Positions 47,094 through 56,065 of a stretch of DNA of 64,000 bases are shown piece after piece (positions within the stretch are counted from its first letter, which is position 1; every line of letters starts with the position of its first letter). The DNA is from Dehalococcoidia bacterium. Lineage in GTDB: Bacteria > Chloroflexota > Dehalococcoidia > Bin125. The stretch covers positions 832,001 through 896,000 of the forward strand of contig CAXXNO010000004.1 in NCBI GenBank assembly GCA_963663235.2. The letters run 5' to 3'. The position numbers and the translations under genes are program-made. The notes under the pieces are model-generated. The model was given only the letters and a program-made list of their open reading frames with translations, was not told the origin of the DNA and searched no databases.

Positions 47094-49049
47094 TCAATCC
47101 GTCAGGCCGAGGTGGTGGAGGAAAGCATCCGGGGTGGGCTCCCGACCGAGGAAGTCGCGCACCAGGGCGTCGCCGTCCCGGGAGCCGCCGGGCTCCAGGA
47201 TCAGGCGCCGGTAGGCGAGGCCGACGTCGTGGTCGTCCAGGCCGGCGCGCTGGAAGCGGGTGAACATGTCATCGCCGTAGACGCGGGACCAGAGGTAGCC
47301 ATAGTAGCCCGCGTCGTAGCCGAAGAGATGGCCGAAGCCGGCCTGGAAGTGTGTGTCCTCCGGGAAGGGCAGCGCGGTGATGGGGTGCAAGTCGCGGGCG
47401 ATGCCGTCCGTGTCCTTGCGTGCGCCGGGGCCGTGGTAGGCGAGATCGAGGCGGGCGAAATAGATCTGGCGCAGCGTGGCGAGGCCGCTGCTCACGTTGC
47501 GGGCCGCGACCATGCGCTGGACCAAGTCGGCCGGCAGCGGGTCCCCGCTCCGGTAGTGGCGCGAGAAGGAGGCCAGCACCGTGGGCGACCAGCACCAGTG
47601 CTCCAGCATCTGGGAAGGGGCCTCGACGAAGTCCCGTTCCACCTGCGTCCCGGCGAAGCGGAGATAGCGCGACTGGGTCAACGTCTGGTGAAGGATGTGG
47701 CCGAACTCATGGAAGAGGGTCAGCACCTCCGAATGGCGCAAGAGCGAGGGCGAATCGGGGCCCGGCTTGGTGAAGTTGGCGACGATCGCGCTGACCGGGC
47801 GCTGGTAGGAGCCGTCGGGGAGGCGGCGCCCGCCGCGGAGGGTGAAGGCCGCTGCGTGGCCGTACTTGTTCGGGCGGGGGTAGAGGTCCGCGTAGAAGTG
47901 GGCGACGAGGCGGCCGTTGGCGGCGTCCACGATGTCGAAGAGGCGCACGTCCGGGTCCCAGGCGTTCGCCTGCGCCCGCGGCAGGAAGCGCACCCCCACC
48001 AACGTCTGGTAAACGGAAAAAAGGCCATCCAGCACCGCTTCCAAGGGGAAATGCTCCGCGACCTGGAAGGGATCGACGTGGTAGCGCTCGCGGAGGACAC
48101 GCTGGGTGTCGTAGCGCCAGTCCCAGGCGGCGACGGTCGCGGCGGCGCCGGTGTCGCGCAGCAGTTGTAGATCCTGGTCGGCCTTGATGTGGACGCGCGG
48201 CTCAAGGTCCGTGAGGAACTTGAGCGCGGCCTGCGAGGTCTTGGCCACGCGGATCTCTAGGACGTAGTCGGCCCAGGAGGGATAGCCGAGAGTGGTGGCG
48301 ATCTCGTCGCGGGCGGCGATGGCTTCGTCGAGGAGGGGGAGATTCGGCTCCGCGGCCCGGTTGCGGTTCTTGCGGAAGAGCGCCTCCCGGAGATCACGAT
48401 CGTCGGCGGAGTCGAGGAAGGGATGGAGTTCGGGATAGTCCAGCGAGACGCGGTAGCGGTGGCCGTCCGGCCCCTCTTCGGTGCGGAGCCGCTGGATGTA
48501 CGCCTCCGGCAGGCCGGCCAGTTGCTCCCGCGTCAGGAGCAAGGCGTCGTCAACATCATCGATGTTGTGGCGGAACTCGATGCCGAGGGTGACCAAGCGC
48601 TCCTGCAGCGTCTGGATGCGAGCGCGTCGCTCCGCCGGCAAGTGCATCCCGCTGCGGCGAAAGTCGCGGAGTGACCGCTCAAGCAGGCGAGCCGCATCGC
48701 CAGAGAGCGACTGCCCCTCCAGTGTGCCGGCGAAATCCCGCAGGGTGCGATCAATCTCCTCGCGGAAACCGAGCGCGGCCGCGTAGCGATCCAGCCGCTC
48801 CTCGTTGGCCAGCGCCGCGCGCCGGACCTCGGGATCGGGGGTGACGTGAGCCAGGAAGCCGTAGCGCCCGCCCGCCTGGCCGAGCAGATCGCCGATCTCC
48901 TCCAGCGGCATCAGGGTGTTGGCGAAGCTGCGGCTGCCGGCCGCGGCCAGCGCGTCGATCAGAGCGTCGCAGCGGCGCAGCGTCTCGTCGCAGGCGGCGC
49001 CGACCGTGTCCGCGGTGACGGAGCGGTAATCGAAGAGATCGCCGGTCAT
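47094..49049 (-). CDS. M3A family oligopeptidase (thimet oligopeptidase-like)
   Basis: DLYPRPNKYGHAA, FHEFGH, DFVEAPSQMLE, YDAGYYGYLWS motifs. Confidence 0.94.
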   Translation of the reverse strand: MTGDLFDYRSVTADTVGAACDETLRRCDALIDALAAAGSRSFANTLMPLEEIGDLLGQAGGRYGFLAHVTPDPEVRRAALANEERLDRYAAALGFREEIDRTLRDFAGTLEGQSLSGDAARLLERSLRDFRRSGMHLPAERRARIQTLQERLVTLGIEFRHNIDDVDDALLLTREQLAGLPEAYIQRLRTEEGPDGHRYRVSLDYPELHPFLDSADDRDLREALFRKNRNRAAEPNLPLLDEAIAARDEIATTLGYPSWADYVLEIRVAKTSQAALKFLTDLEPRVHIKADQDLQLLRDTGAAATVAAWDWRYDTQRVLRERYHVDPFQVAEHFPLEAVLDGLFSVYQTLVGVRFLPRAQANAWDPDVRLFDIVDAANGRLVAHFYADLYPRPNKYGHAAAFTLRGGRRLPDGSYQRPVSAIVANFTKPGPDSPSLLRHSEVLTLFHEFGHILHQTLTQSRYLRFAGTQVERDFVEAPSQMLEHWCWSPTVLASFSRHYRSGDPLPADLVQRMVAARNVSSGLATLRQIYFARLDLAYHGPGARKDTDGIARDLHPITALPFPEDTHFQAGFGHLFGYDAGYYGYLWSRVYGDDMFTRFQRAGLDDHDVGLAYRRLILEPGGSRDGDALVRDFLGREPTPDAFLHHLGLTD

Positions 49050-49064
49050 GCCGTGAGCCAGGCC

Positions 49065-49859
49065 TTAGCGAAGATCGTAGGCTTCCCAGGAGTCGGCGCC
49101 CTCGTCATAGCGCGCCTGAATCTTCTTGATGATCTCGATGGTGGGCGCACGCATGGTGGAGTTGAAGATGTAGTTCTCAATGCGGAGCGCGTCCTCGAAA
49201 TGCATGTCCCAGGCCTGCAAGAGGCTGCGTTTGCAGGCCCGCAAGGCCCACTGCGGCCGGGTGGCGATCCGGGCCGCCCAGGCGATGGCTTCCTCGCGCA
49301 GGCGGTCATCGTCCACCACTTTGTTGACCAAGCCGAGTTCCCCTGCGGCGCCGGCGGTGATCGGATCACCGGTCAGCACGATCTCCATCGCCTTGGACTG
49401 CCCCACGAGTCGCGCCAGGCGCACCGTCGCGCCAGCACCCGGGATGATGCCGAGGATGCTCTCGACTTGCGCGTAGGTGGCGGAGCGGCCGGCGATCCGC
49501 AGGTTGCAGGCCCAAGAGATCTCGGCGCCCCCACCCCACGCCTGCCCGTGGTTGACGGCGATGGTGACCAGAGGTCCGCGTTCCAATTCGTTGGTCAAAC
49601 GGCGCCACGAGAGCGGGTCGCCGCTGGGCTTGCCGCCGCCGTAGGCGGCCAGGATGTCCGAGAGATCGGCGTGGGCCATGAAGTAGCCCGGCACGTCCGA
49701 GGCGAGCAGTGCCACGGAGCAGCGCGCCTGCTTCACCTCCTCCAGCGCCTGCTCGACCTTGTCCAGGAGCTCGTAAGAGCCAAAGTTTTTGGGTGGGTCG
49801 TCCAGCAGGATCATGCCGACGCCGTCGGCGGGATATGACACAGGTGCAGTGGCGGCCAT
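49065..49859 (-). CDS. Enoyl-CoA hydratase/isomerase family protein
   Basis: FMAHADL, AWGGGAE, ESILGIIPGAG motifs. Confidence 0.88.
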   Translation of the reverse strand: MAATAPVSYPADGVGMILLDDPPKNFGSYELLDKVEQALEEVKQARCSVALLASDVPGYFMAHADLSDILAAYGGGKPSGDPLSWRRLTNELERGPLVTIAVNHGQAWGGGAEISWACNLRIAGRSATYAQVESILGIIPGAGATVRLARLVGQSKAMEIVLTGDPITAGAAGELGLVNKVVDDDRLREEAIAWAARIATRPQWALRACKRSLLQAWDMHFEDALRIENYIFNSTMRAPTIEIIKKIQARYDEGADSWEAYDLR

Positions 49860-49944
49860 GGTGCAACCCCTTTCACCGAGCGCGCCCGATGCTACCAGCG
49901 GATTCGCAGGCCAGCAATCGAATCGACGATGAGGCGGCGCGCCG

Positions 49945-52900
49945 TCAGCGCCAGTCGGGGAGGGGGATCGTCGCGACGCCGGGTGAGACCTCATTGAAGA
50001 GATCGACGATCCTGGGGTGGCAGGTGAACACGATGACTTGATTGGAGCGGGAAAGCTGCCGCAGTGCCTCCGCGGCACGGGTGGCGCGCTCCGGGTCGAA
50101 GTTGACCAAGATGTCATCGACGATCACCGGCAGGCGGGCGGATCGATCGGCGAACTCCTCGATGAGGCCGAAGCGCAGCGCGAGGTAGAGTTGCTCTTGC
50201 GTGCCGCGGCTGAGGGCGTCCGTCGGCTTGCGTTCGCCGTCCCGTTGCATGACTTCGATCTCATGTTCCTCGATCGGCGCTTTGAGTTGCGGGTAGCGCC
50301 CGTTGGTGATGTGGGCGAAGTAGTCCTCGGCTCGATGCACGACCGCCGGCTGCCGATCCTCCTCGTAGCGGTGGCGGGCCTGCTCCAGGAGCGCCCCCGC
50401 GAGCGTCAGCGTGACCCACTCCTGCGCCTGCTCCGCGAGTTGTTCCTGGAGGACCACGCGCCGCTCGCGCAACTCGGCCGCGCGGGCGTCCTGCTCCAGG
50501 TTGGCGATCTGAAGCTGGAGCTGCGCCTGTCTCGTGGTTAGGTCGTCATGACGCCGGGCCTGCTCGACGAGGTGCGTCTTGGTGCGCTCTCGCTCCCGCT
50601 CTAGGCGCGCGGCATCGGTCGCGGCGAGTTCGCGGCGGAAGGCGGCGAGCGCCTCGCCGGGGCCACTACGCTGCGTCAAGGCCATCCGAAGTTCGTTGGC
50701 GCGGCGCAATAGCTTCGCCCGATGGGCCTGTTCCGCCGCGATCTTGCGGAACTCGGCGGCGTCTTCCGCGCGTCCCTGCGTGAGGAGCCCTTGTAGCGCG
50801 CGCTCGGCGGCAGCGCAATCGGCGGTGGCGGCGGTGAGGCGGCGACGGGCCTCCGTCACCTGTTGATCCAAGTGCGCCTTGCGCTGTGCCGCGGTGCGGC
50901 TCTCGTCGAACGCGGCGATCAGCGCCTCGACGGCCGGCCCGATTTCCGCCGGAGCGAGCCGTTGCCGCTCTGGGCACCGGCGCTCGATCAGCGAGAGCGC
51001 GGCGGTGGCAAACTCATCGATGTCGTGCTCGATCGCCGCCGCGCGGCGCCGACGGTCGTGCAGCTGGCGCTGGGTCGCGTGCAGCGTGTCCAGGCGACCG
51101 AAGAGGTCCGCCACGCCGTCCGGCCGCATGGTGGCAGGCAACCCTTGCGCCTCCAGCCAGGCCGTCCACGCTGTCTGGGCGTTCTCTTGAGAGCGCGCCG
51201 CGTCGGCCAGGCGATGGTCCGCCTCTTCCTGCCGCCGCCGGAGCGCTGGCAGGCGCCGCGCCGCCGTGCGGACCTCCGCTTCCCGCTGCCGGCGTTCCTC
51301 GAACTGGCGCTGCATGCCCTCCACGATCTCTTCGGCGGCCTCAACGTCACGGATCGACTCCACGGCATCGAGGGCCGCTTCCGCGCCGAGAGTGGCGAGG
51401 CGGGTCTCCTGCTCCTTCACGGCCTCATCGGCGTCGCGCCGGCGCTCTCCCTGCACGGCGAGCGTACGGTCGAATTCGCGCCAGGCAGAAGGATCGGGCG
51501 CGCTCTGAGCCGCCCGGCGCCAGATAAGTCCGCCGGCGGCCGCCAGGAGGACTCCTCCCACGATGCCCAGTGCGAGGGCGACGCCGCCCGCCAGCACGCC
51601 AACGATGACGACCAGCGCCACTGCGGCGGCGAGCGCAGCGGCGGTGATCCATTCGGGCCGCCGCCAAGCCGGCGCGGGCTTCAGCGCAGGCTGTTGAACC
51701 TGCAGCTCGGTGAGGCGCTGCGTCTCCTGCCGGCGCAGGTCCCGGGCCGATGCGACGCGGGTGAGTTGCTCACGCACTGCGGTCAGGACAGCGCGCCGCC
51801 CGCGCAGCGCTTCCGCGTCGAGCAAGGGCGCCGGGATCGCTGCGACGGCCGCGGCGGCGAGGTCACGGGCCTCCTCGGCCTCGCGCAGCGCCTGGAGAGC
51901 GGCCTCCCGGCGGAGCTCGGCCTCTCGCGCGTCGCGCTCGCTGGCGGCGAGCGCCTGCGCCTGTTCACGGAGCTCGGTGCGAACGGGCAACGAGGTATCG
52001 AAGCGATCGGCGCGCTCCGGCTCCCATTCGGGCCCGAGGGCGCGGAGAGCCAGCTGGATCTCCCGCTCTAACGTTTCGGCTTCCGCGCGACGCTCCGGCA
52101 GGTCCTTGAGGGACTGCGCGAAGGCGTCGTGGCTACGCCGCAACGCGTCGACGGCCGCCTCGTCATCGAGGAGCCCTTGGTCGATGTGGAGAGCCGCCAC
52201 CTCGCGCTCCCAGCGGGCGAACTCCGCCTGTTCCTGCTCTTTCCGGGTACCCGCCGCGGCGAGCCGTTGTTCTGCGCTCTCGAGCCGCGTGAGGGGGTCG
52301 CTGGGGAAGTCGGGCCGCTCCGCAATCGCGTGGATCCTCTCTTCCAACTCTCCCAATGCCACCCAGTCCGGCCAGGCTTGATGCAGGCGCTCCAGGCGGG
52401 CCCGCGCTTTCTCCGCCCGGGCCCGGCCACGGTCGGTCTCGACGAGCGCGCTCTGCACCTGCTCCAGTTGGTCGAGGTGCCCGCCGTACTGCGACGCGGC
52501 GTCGGCCAACTCGTCCAGCGCCTCGTCCACCGCTTGGAGATCGGCGATGGTGCGGGCGACGGGCTGCGTTTTTCCCTGTGGGCGATAGACCTCCCGGCGG
52601 GCCGACTCGAAATGGGCCATGACCTGGGGCAGCCCGGCCGATCCCAGGCCGGCGCTGTAGATGCTGTCCGTCACGCCAGCCTGCTGGAGTGAGGTGACGT
52701 TGCGGAGTTGATCCAGGTCGAAGGCGAAGACGTTGTTGAAGAGATCGGGGGAGGCATGCCCCAGGAGCCGGGGCAGGATGGCGGGATCTTCGCGCCCGCC
52801 GTCGGCCGCGGTGACGATGAGGGCGCCCCCCTTGCGGCCCGCGAAGCGCTCGACGACATAGCGCCGGCCGTCGTCGTCCTCCAGCTCGATGCGGCCGCCG

Positions 52901-53118
52901 TGACGGCCGCCGGCGCGTGGGGGATAGCGGCGGTCGCGCTCCCGCGCTGGGAAGCCGAACAGGACGTAGCGGACGAAGGTCAACAGCGTCGATTTCCCGG
53001 CCTCGTTGGGACCGTGGATAACGGTGAGATTCGGGTGGATGCGCTCGCCGTCTCCAGCCGGCAGGGAGAGGTCGGCGAAGTAGCCAAAGCCGCTCAGGTG
53101 GAGGCGGAGGAGATTCAC
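49945..53118 (-). CDS. YhaN/SbcE-like SMC/Rad50-type AAA ATPase with internal TM hairpin
   Basis: GPNEAGKST Walker A, long coiled coils, two hydrophobic helices, LSRGTQEQLYLALR, IVDDILVNFD, FTCH. Confidence 0.92.
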   Translation of the reverse strand: MNLLRLHLSGFGYFADLSLPAGDGERIHPNLTVIHGPNEAGKSTLLTFVRYVLFGFPARERDRRYPPRAGGRHGGRIELEDDDGRRYVVERFAGRKGGALIVTAADGGREDPAILPRLLGHASPDLFNNVFAFDLDQLRNVTSLQQAGVTDSIYSAGLGSAGLPQVMAHFESARREVYRPQGKTQPVARTIADLQAVDEALDELADAASQYGGHLDQLEQVQSALVETDRGRARAEKARARLERLHQAWPDWVALGELEERIHAIAERPDFPSDPLTRLESAEQRLAAAGTRKEQEQAEFARWEREVAALHIDQGLLDDEAAVDALRRSHDAFAQSLKDLPERRAEAETLEREIQLALRALGPEWEPERADRFDTSLPVRTELREQAQALAASERDAREAELRREAALQALREAEEARDLAAAAVAAIPAPLLDAEALRGRRAVLTAVREQLTRVASARDLRRQETQRLTELQVQQPALKPAPAWRRPEWITAAALAAAVALVVIVGVLAGGVALALGIVGGVLLAAAGGLIWRRAAQSAPDPSAWREFDRTLAVQGERRRDADEAVKEQETRLATLGAEAALDAVESIRDVEAAEEIVEGMQRQFEERRQREAEVRTAARRLPALRRRQEEADHRLADAARSQENAQTAWTAWLEAQGLPATMRPDGVADLFGRLDTLHATQRQLHDRRRRAAAIEHDIDEFATAALSLIERRCPERQRLAPAEIGPAVEALIAAFDESRTAAQRKAHLDQQVTEARRRLTAATADCAAAERALQGLLTQGRAEDAAEFRKIAAEQAHRAKLLRRANELRMALTQRSGPGEALAAFRRELAATDAARLERERERTKTHLVEQARRHDDLTTRQAQLQLQIANLEQDARAAELRERRVVLQEQLAEQAQEWVTLTLAGALLEQARHRYEEDRQPAVVHRAEDYFAHITNGRYPQLKAPIEEHEIEVMQRDGERKPTDALSRGTQEQLYLALRFGLIEEFADRSARLPVIVDDILVNFDPERATRAAEALRQLSRSNQVIVFTCHPRIVDLFNEVSPGVATIPLPDWR

Positions 53119-54404
53119 TCGGACACCTCCGCGGCAGCGGCCTCGTCGGCCAGGAAGGCCTCGACGCAGCGCTCCTCGGCTCGATCGAGCAGGCGGAGCA
53201 GTTCGGTGTCGCTCAGGGCGTCATCGGCGAGGAAGCGGCGGACACGGCCCTGCCCGTAAAACGGCTTCAGGTACTCACGGAGCCAGGGAGGGGGCGTGGT
53301 CTCGGCATGGATCTCATCGACCAGGCGCAAGACGTCGCCGAGGAAGTCCTGCGCCTGCCGGCGCTCCTCACGGTCGAAGGGAGGCGCGGATTCGATGTCG
53401 AGGACGGCGCACCAGAGGATGGGCGCGTGGCCTTTGAACGCGTTGTTGATGTGCGCGCGGAGATCCTCCTCCATATCGGGCCGGCGCAACCACGCGTGCA
53501 GGGGACCGCGTCCGGTGATCCGGACATGGCCGATCACGTGGCGGCCATCGGCGGCGTCACGGAGCTCCGCAGCGCGCTCCTCCAGCCCGTCAAGGAGGGC
53601 CTGTTCGCCGTCGAGCTCCGCGATGTTCAGTGTGGTGGCGGCCCAGCGCACCACGTCGACGGGGTGGAAGGACGGGCGGGCGCGGCGATCGTCGCCGACA
53701 TCGACGAGATAGACGCCGCGGGCGCCGCGCTCATTGCGATGCAGCCCCTGCGAGTTGCCAGGGTAAACCACGGTCGGATCCTGCTCACGGAGGACGCTGC
53801 GCGTGTGGACGTGCCCAAGCGCCCAGTAGTCGATGCCGGCGCGCTCCAGATCCTCCAGCGTGCAGGGCGCGTAGGGCTCGTGTCCGGTGTTGGCACCGAC
53901 GTTGGCGTGGAGCAGCCCGATGGCGTAGAGGTGGCGCGGGTCGCGGCGGAAGCGGCGGGCCAGGTTCTCCCGCACGTCCTGCCGCGGGAAACTGACGCCG
54001 TAGACGACGGCGCCGTGCGGCTCGGCCGGGTCGATCGGCACCGCCGCCACGTCATCGCCAAAGCGGTGACAGCCGGGCGGAATCGCGAGCCTCGCTTCCC
54101 AGCCATCCAGGGGGTCGTGATTGCCGTGGCAGATGAAGGAGCGGATTCCCGCCTCATCCAGGCGGCGCAGCCCGCGCAGGAAATGCAACTGGGCGGGGAG
54201 GCTGCGGTCCTTGCCGTCGTAGATGTCGCCGGCGACGAGGAGCGCGTCGACGCGCTCCTGCAGGCAGAGGTCGATGATGTTGTCGTAGGCGGTGAAGGTG
54301 GCGGCGCGCAGGATGGCGCTGACTTCGGGGTCCGCGGAGCGCAGACCGCGAAAGGTGCTGTCCAAGTGGAGATCGGCAGCGTGGACGAAGCGAGTAATGC
54401 TCAT
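53115..54404 (-). CDS. YhaO/SbcD/Mre11-like DNA repair metallophosphoesterase
   Basis: HAADLHLD, AGDIYD, GNHD, YWALGHVH, YPGNSQG motifs; overlaps the ATPase start. Confidence 0.93.
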   Translation of the reverse strand: MSITRFVHAADLHLDSTFRGLRSADPEVSAILRAATFTAYDNIIDLCLQERVDALLVAGDIYDGKDRSLPAQLHFLRGLRRLDEAGIRSFICHGNHDPLDGWEARLAIPPGCHRFGDDVAAVPIDPAEPHGAVVYGVSFPRQDVRENLARRFRRDPRHLYAIGLLHANVGANTGHEPYAPCTLEDLERAGIDYWALGHVHTRSVLREQDPTVVYPGNSQGLHRNERGARGVYLVDVGDDRRARPSFHPVDVVRWAATTLNIAELDGEQALLDGLEERAAELRDAADGRHVIGHVRITGRGPLHAWLRRPDMEEDLRAHINNAFKGHAPILWCAVLDIESAPPFDREERRQAQDFLGDVLRLVDEIHAETTPPPWLREYLKPFYGQGRVRRFLADDALSDTELLRLLDRAEERCVEAFLADEAAAAEVSE

Positions 54405-54559
54405 GGAGCGCACAGCCGATACGACGCCCGAACGAGCAGAGTCCCCCGCTACCCATTCCAGCATACGATGAAGAGCCGCTCAAGCGCAGCCCCCCGCTCG
54501 ATAGAGAGCGCCACGCCGTACGGATACACTGCCGGCAGTGAGACAGCGTTCGGCGCCAG

Positions 54560-55975
54560 ATGACACAGTCGCACACGACTACTGATCTCGACTTCGCCTC
54601 CGCCGAGGCGCTGGCGGCGCGCATCCGTGCGAAGGAGATCTCGCCTCTGGAGTTGATGGAGCACACGCTGGCGCGGATCGAGGCGCTGAACCCGGCCCTG
54701 AACGCCTTTGTGGCGCTGGACGCGGAGGGGGCGCGGGCAGAGGCCGCGAAGCAGACCGAGCGGCTGGCCCACGGGGAGGACCTGGGCCCGCTGGGCGGGC
54801 TCCCCCTGGGCGTGAAAGACCTGGAGCACGCGGCCGGTCTCCCGACAACGTTCGGCTCAAGCGTTTTCCGCGACCACCGGGCCGAGCGCGACGATATCCA
54901 TATCGAGCGGCTACGCAAGGCCGGCGCCATCGTGATCGGGAAGACGAATGCGCCCGAGTTCGGCTACACGGCGTTCACCGATAACGACCTCTTCGGCCCC
55001 ACGCTCAACCCGTGGAATCCGGAACGCACGCCGGGCGGATCGAGCGGGGGGTCGGCGGCGGCGCTGGCGGCCGGGATGGTGCCGCTGGCGACGGCGTCCG
55101 ACGGGGGCGGATCGATCCGGATTCCGGCCTGCTACTGCGGGCTGTACGGGCTGAAGACATCGTTCGGGCGAGTGCCCATCGGGCCGCGCCCGTTGCGGGG
55201 TTGGCTGGATTTCGGGGTGTACGGGCCATTGACTCGCTGTGTGCGCGATGCCGCGCTGTACCTGGACCAGATTGCGGGTCCACACCCGGCCGATCCTGAC
55301 TCGCTGCCCGCCCCGGAGGACTCATACCTTCAACGTCTGGAGGAGCCGCTGCCGCGCTTGCGCATCGCGTTCAACCGCACTCTGGGGGTCACAGACCTGC
55401 AGCCCGACGTGGAGCGCGAAGTCGAGCGGGCCGTCGACACGTTCCGCGACCTGGGTCACGAGGTCACGGAGAACGACGACACCATTCCGGAGACGGTCGG
55501 GCACTGGATCCGCATGGCGTCGTTCCAGGCGCTGGCGACACTTTGGGAGGAGTACTCCACGCGGCACGACGAGTTCGGTAGCGAGTTCGTGCGCAACCTG
55601 GACGACGCGCTGGACACCGGCCCCACCGACTTCCGCGATTTCGCCCGGGCACGGGCTGAGTTGATCGAGTGGACCTGGCGGCTGTTCGAGCGATTCGACC
55701 TCCTGTTGACTCCGACCCTGCCCACGGAAGCGTTCGCCGCGCCAGGCCCCGTCCCGATAGAACGCGACGGCGTCCCCTACAACCCGATCGCCTTCACCTA
55801 TCCGTTCAACTTCACCGGCCATCCGGCCGCGTCCGTGCGGGCCGGCTTCACGGACAGCCGGCTGCCCTGCGGCCTGCAGATCGTGGGGCCGCGACACCGG
55901 GATGACCTTGTGCTGCAGGCGTCGTATGCGTACGAGCAGGAGCGAGTCTGGAGCGACTGCTGGCCGGCGCTCTAG
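54560..55975 (+). CDS. Amidase signature family protein
   Basis: [31 protein letters not shown] motifs. Confidence 0.93.
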   Translation: MTQSHTTTDLDFASAEALAARIRAKEISPLELMEHTLARIEALNPALNAFVALDAEGARAEAAKQTERLAHGEDLGPLGGLPLGVKDLEHAAGLPTTFGSSVFRDHRAERDDIHIERLRKAGAIVIGKTNAPEFGYTAFTDNDLFGPTLNPWNPERTPGGSSGGSAAALAAGMVPLATASDGGGSIRIPACYCGLYGLKTSFGRVPIGPRPLRGWLDFGVYGPLTRCVRDAALYLDQIAGPHPADPDSLPAPEDSYLQRLEEPLPRLRIAFNRTLGVTDLQPDVEREVERAVDTFRDLGHEVTENDDTIPETVGHWIRMASFQALATLWEEYSTRHDEFGSEFVRNLDDALDTGPTDFRDFARARAELIEWTWRLFERFDLLLTPTLPTEAFAAPGPVPIERDGVPYNPIAFTYPFNFTGHPAASVRAGFTDSRLPCGLQIVGPRHRDDLVLQASYAYEQERVWSDCWPAL

Positions 55976-56065
55976 CCGGAAGTGCCACCCGCTCAACCGA
56001 CGGGACGCCCGCCGCTCTCTATACTGCGCCGGGCAACGAGCGGGACTCCAGCCAGAAAGCGCGCC

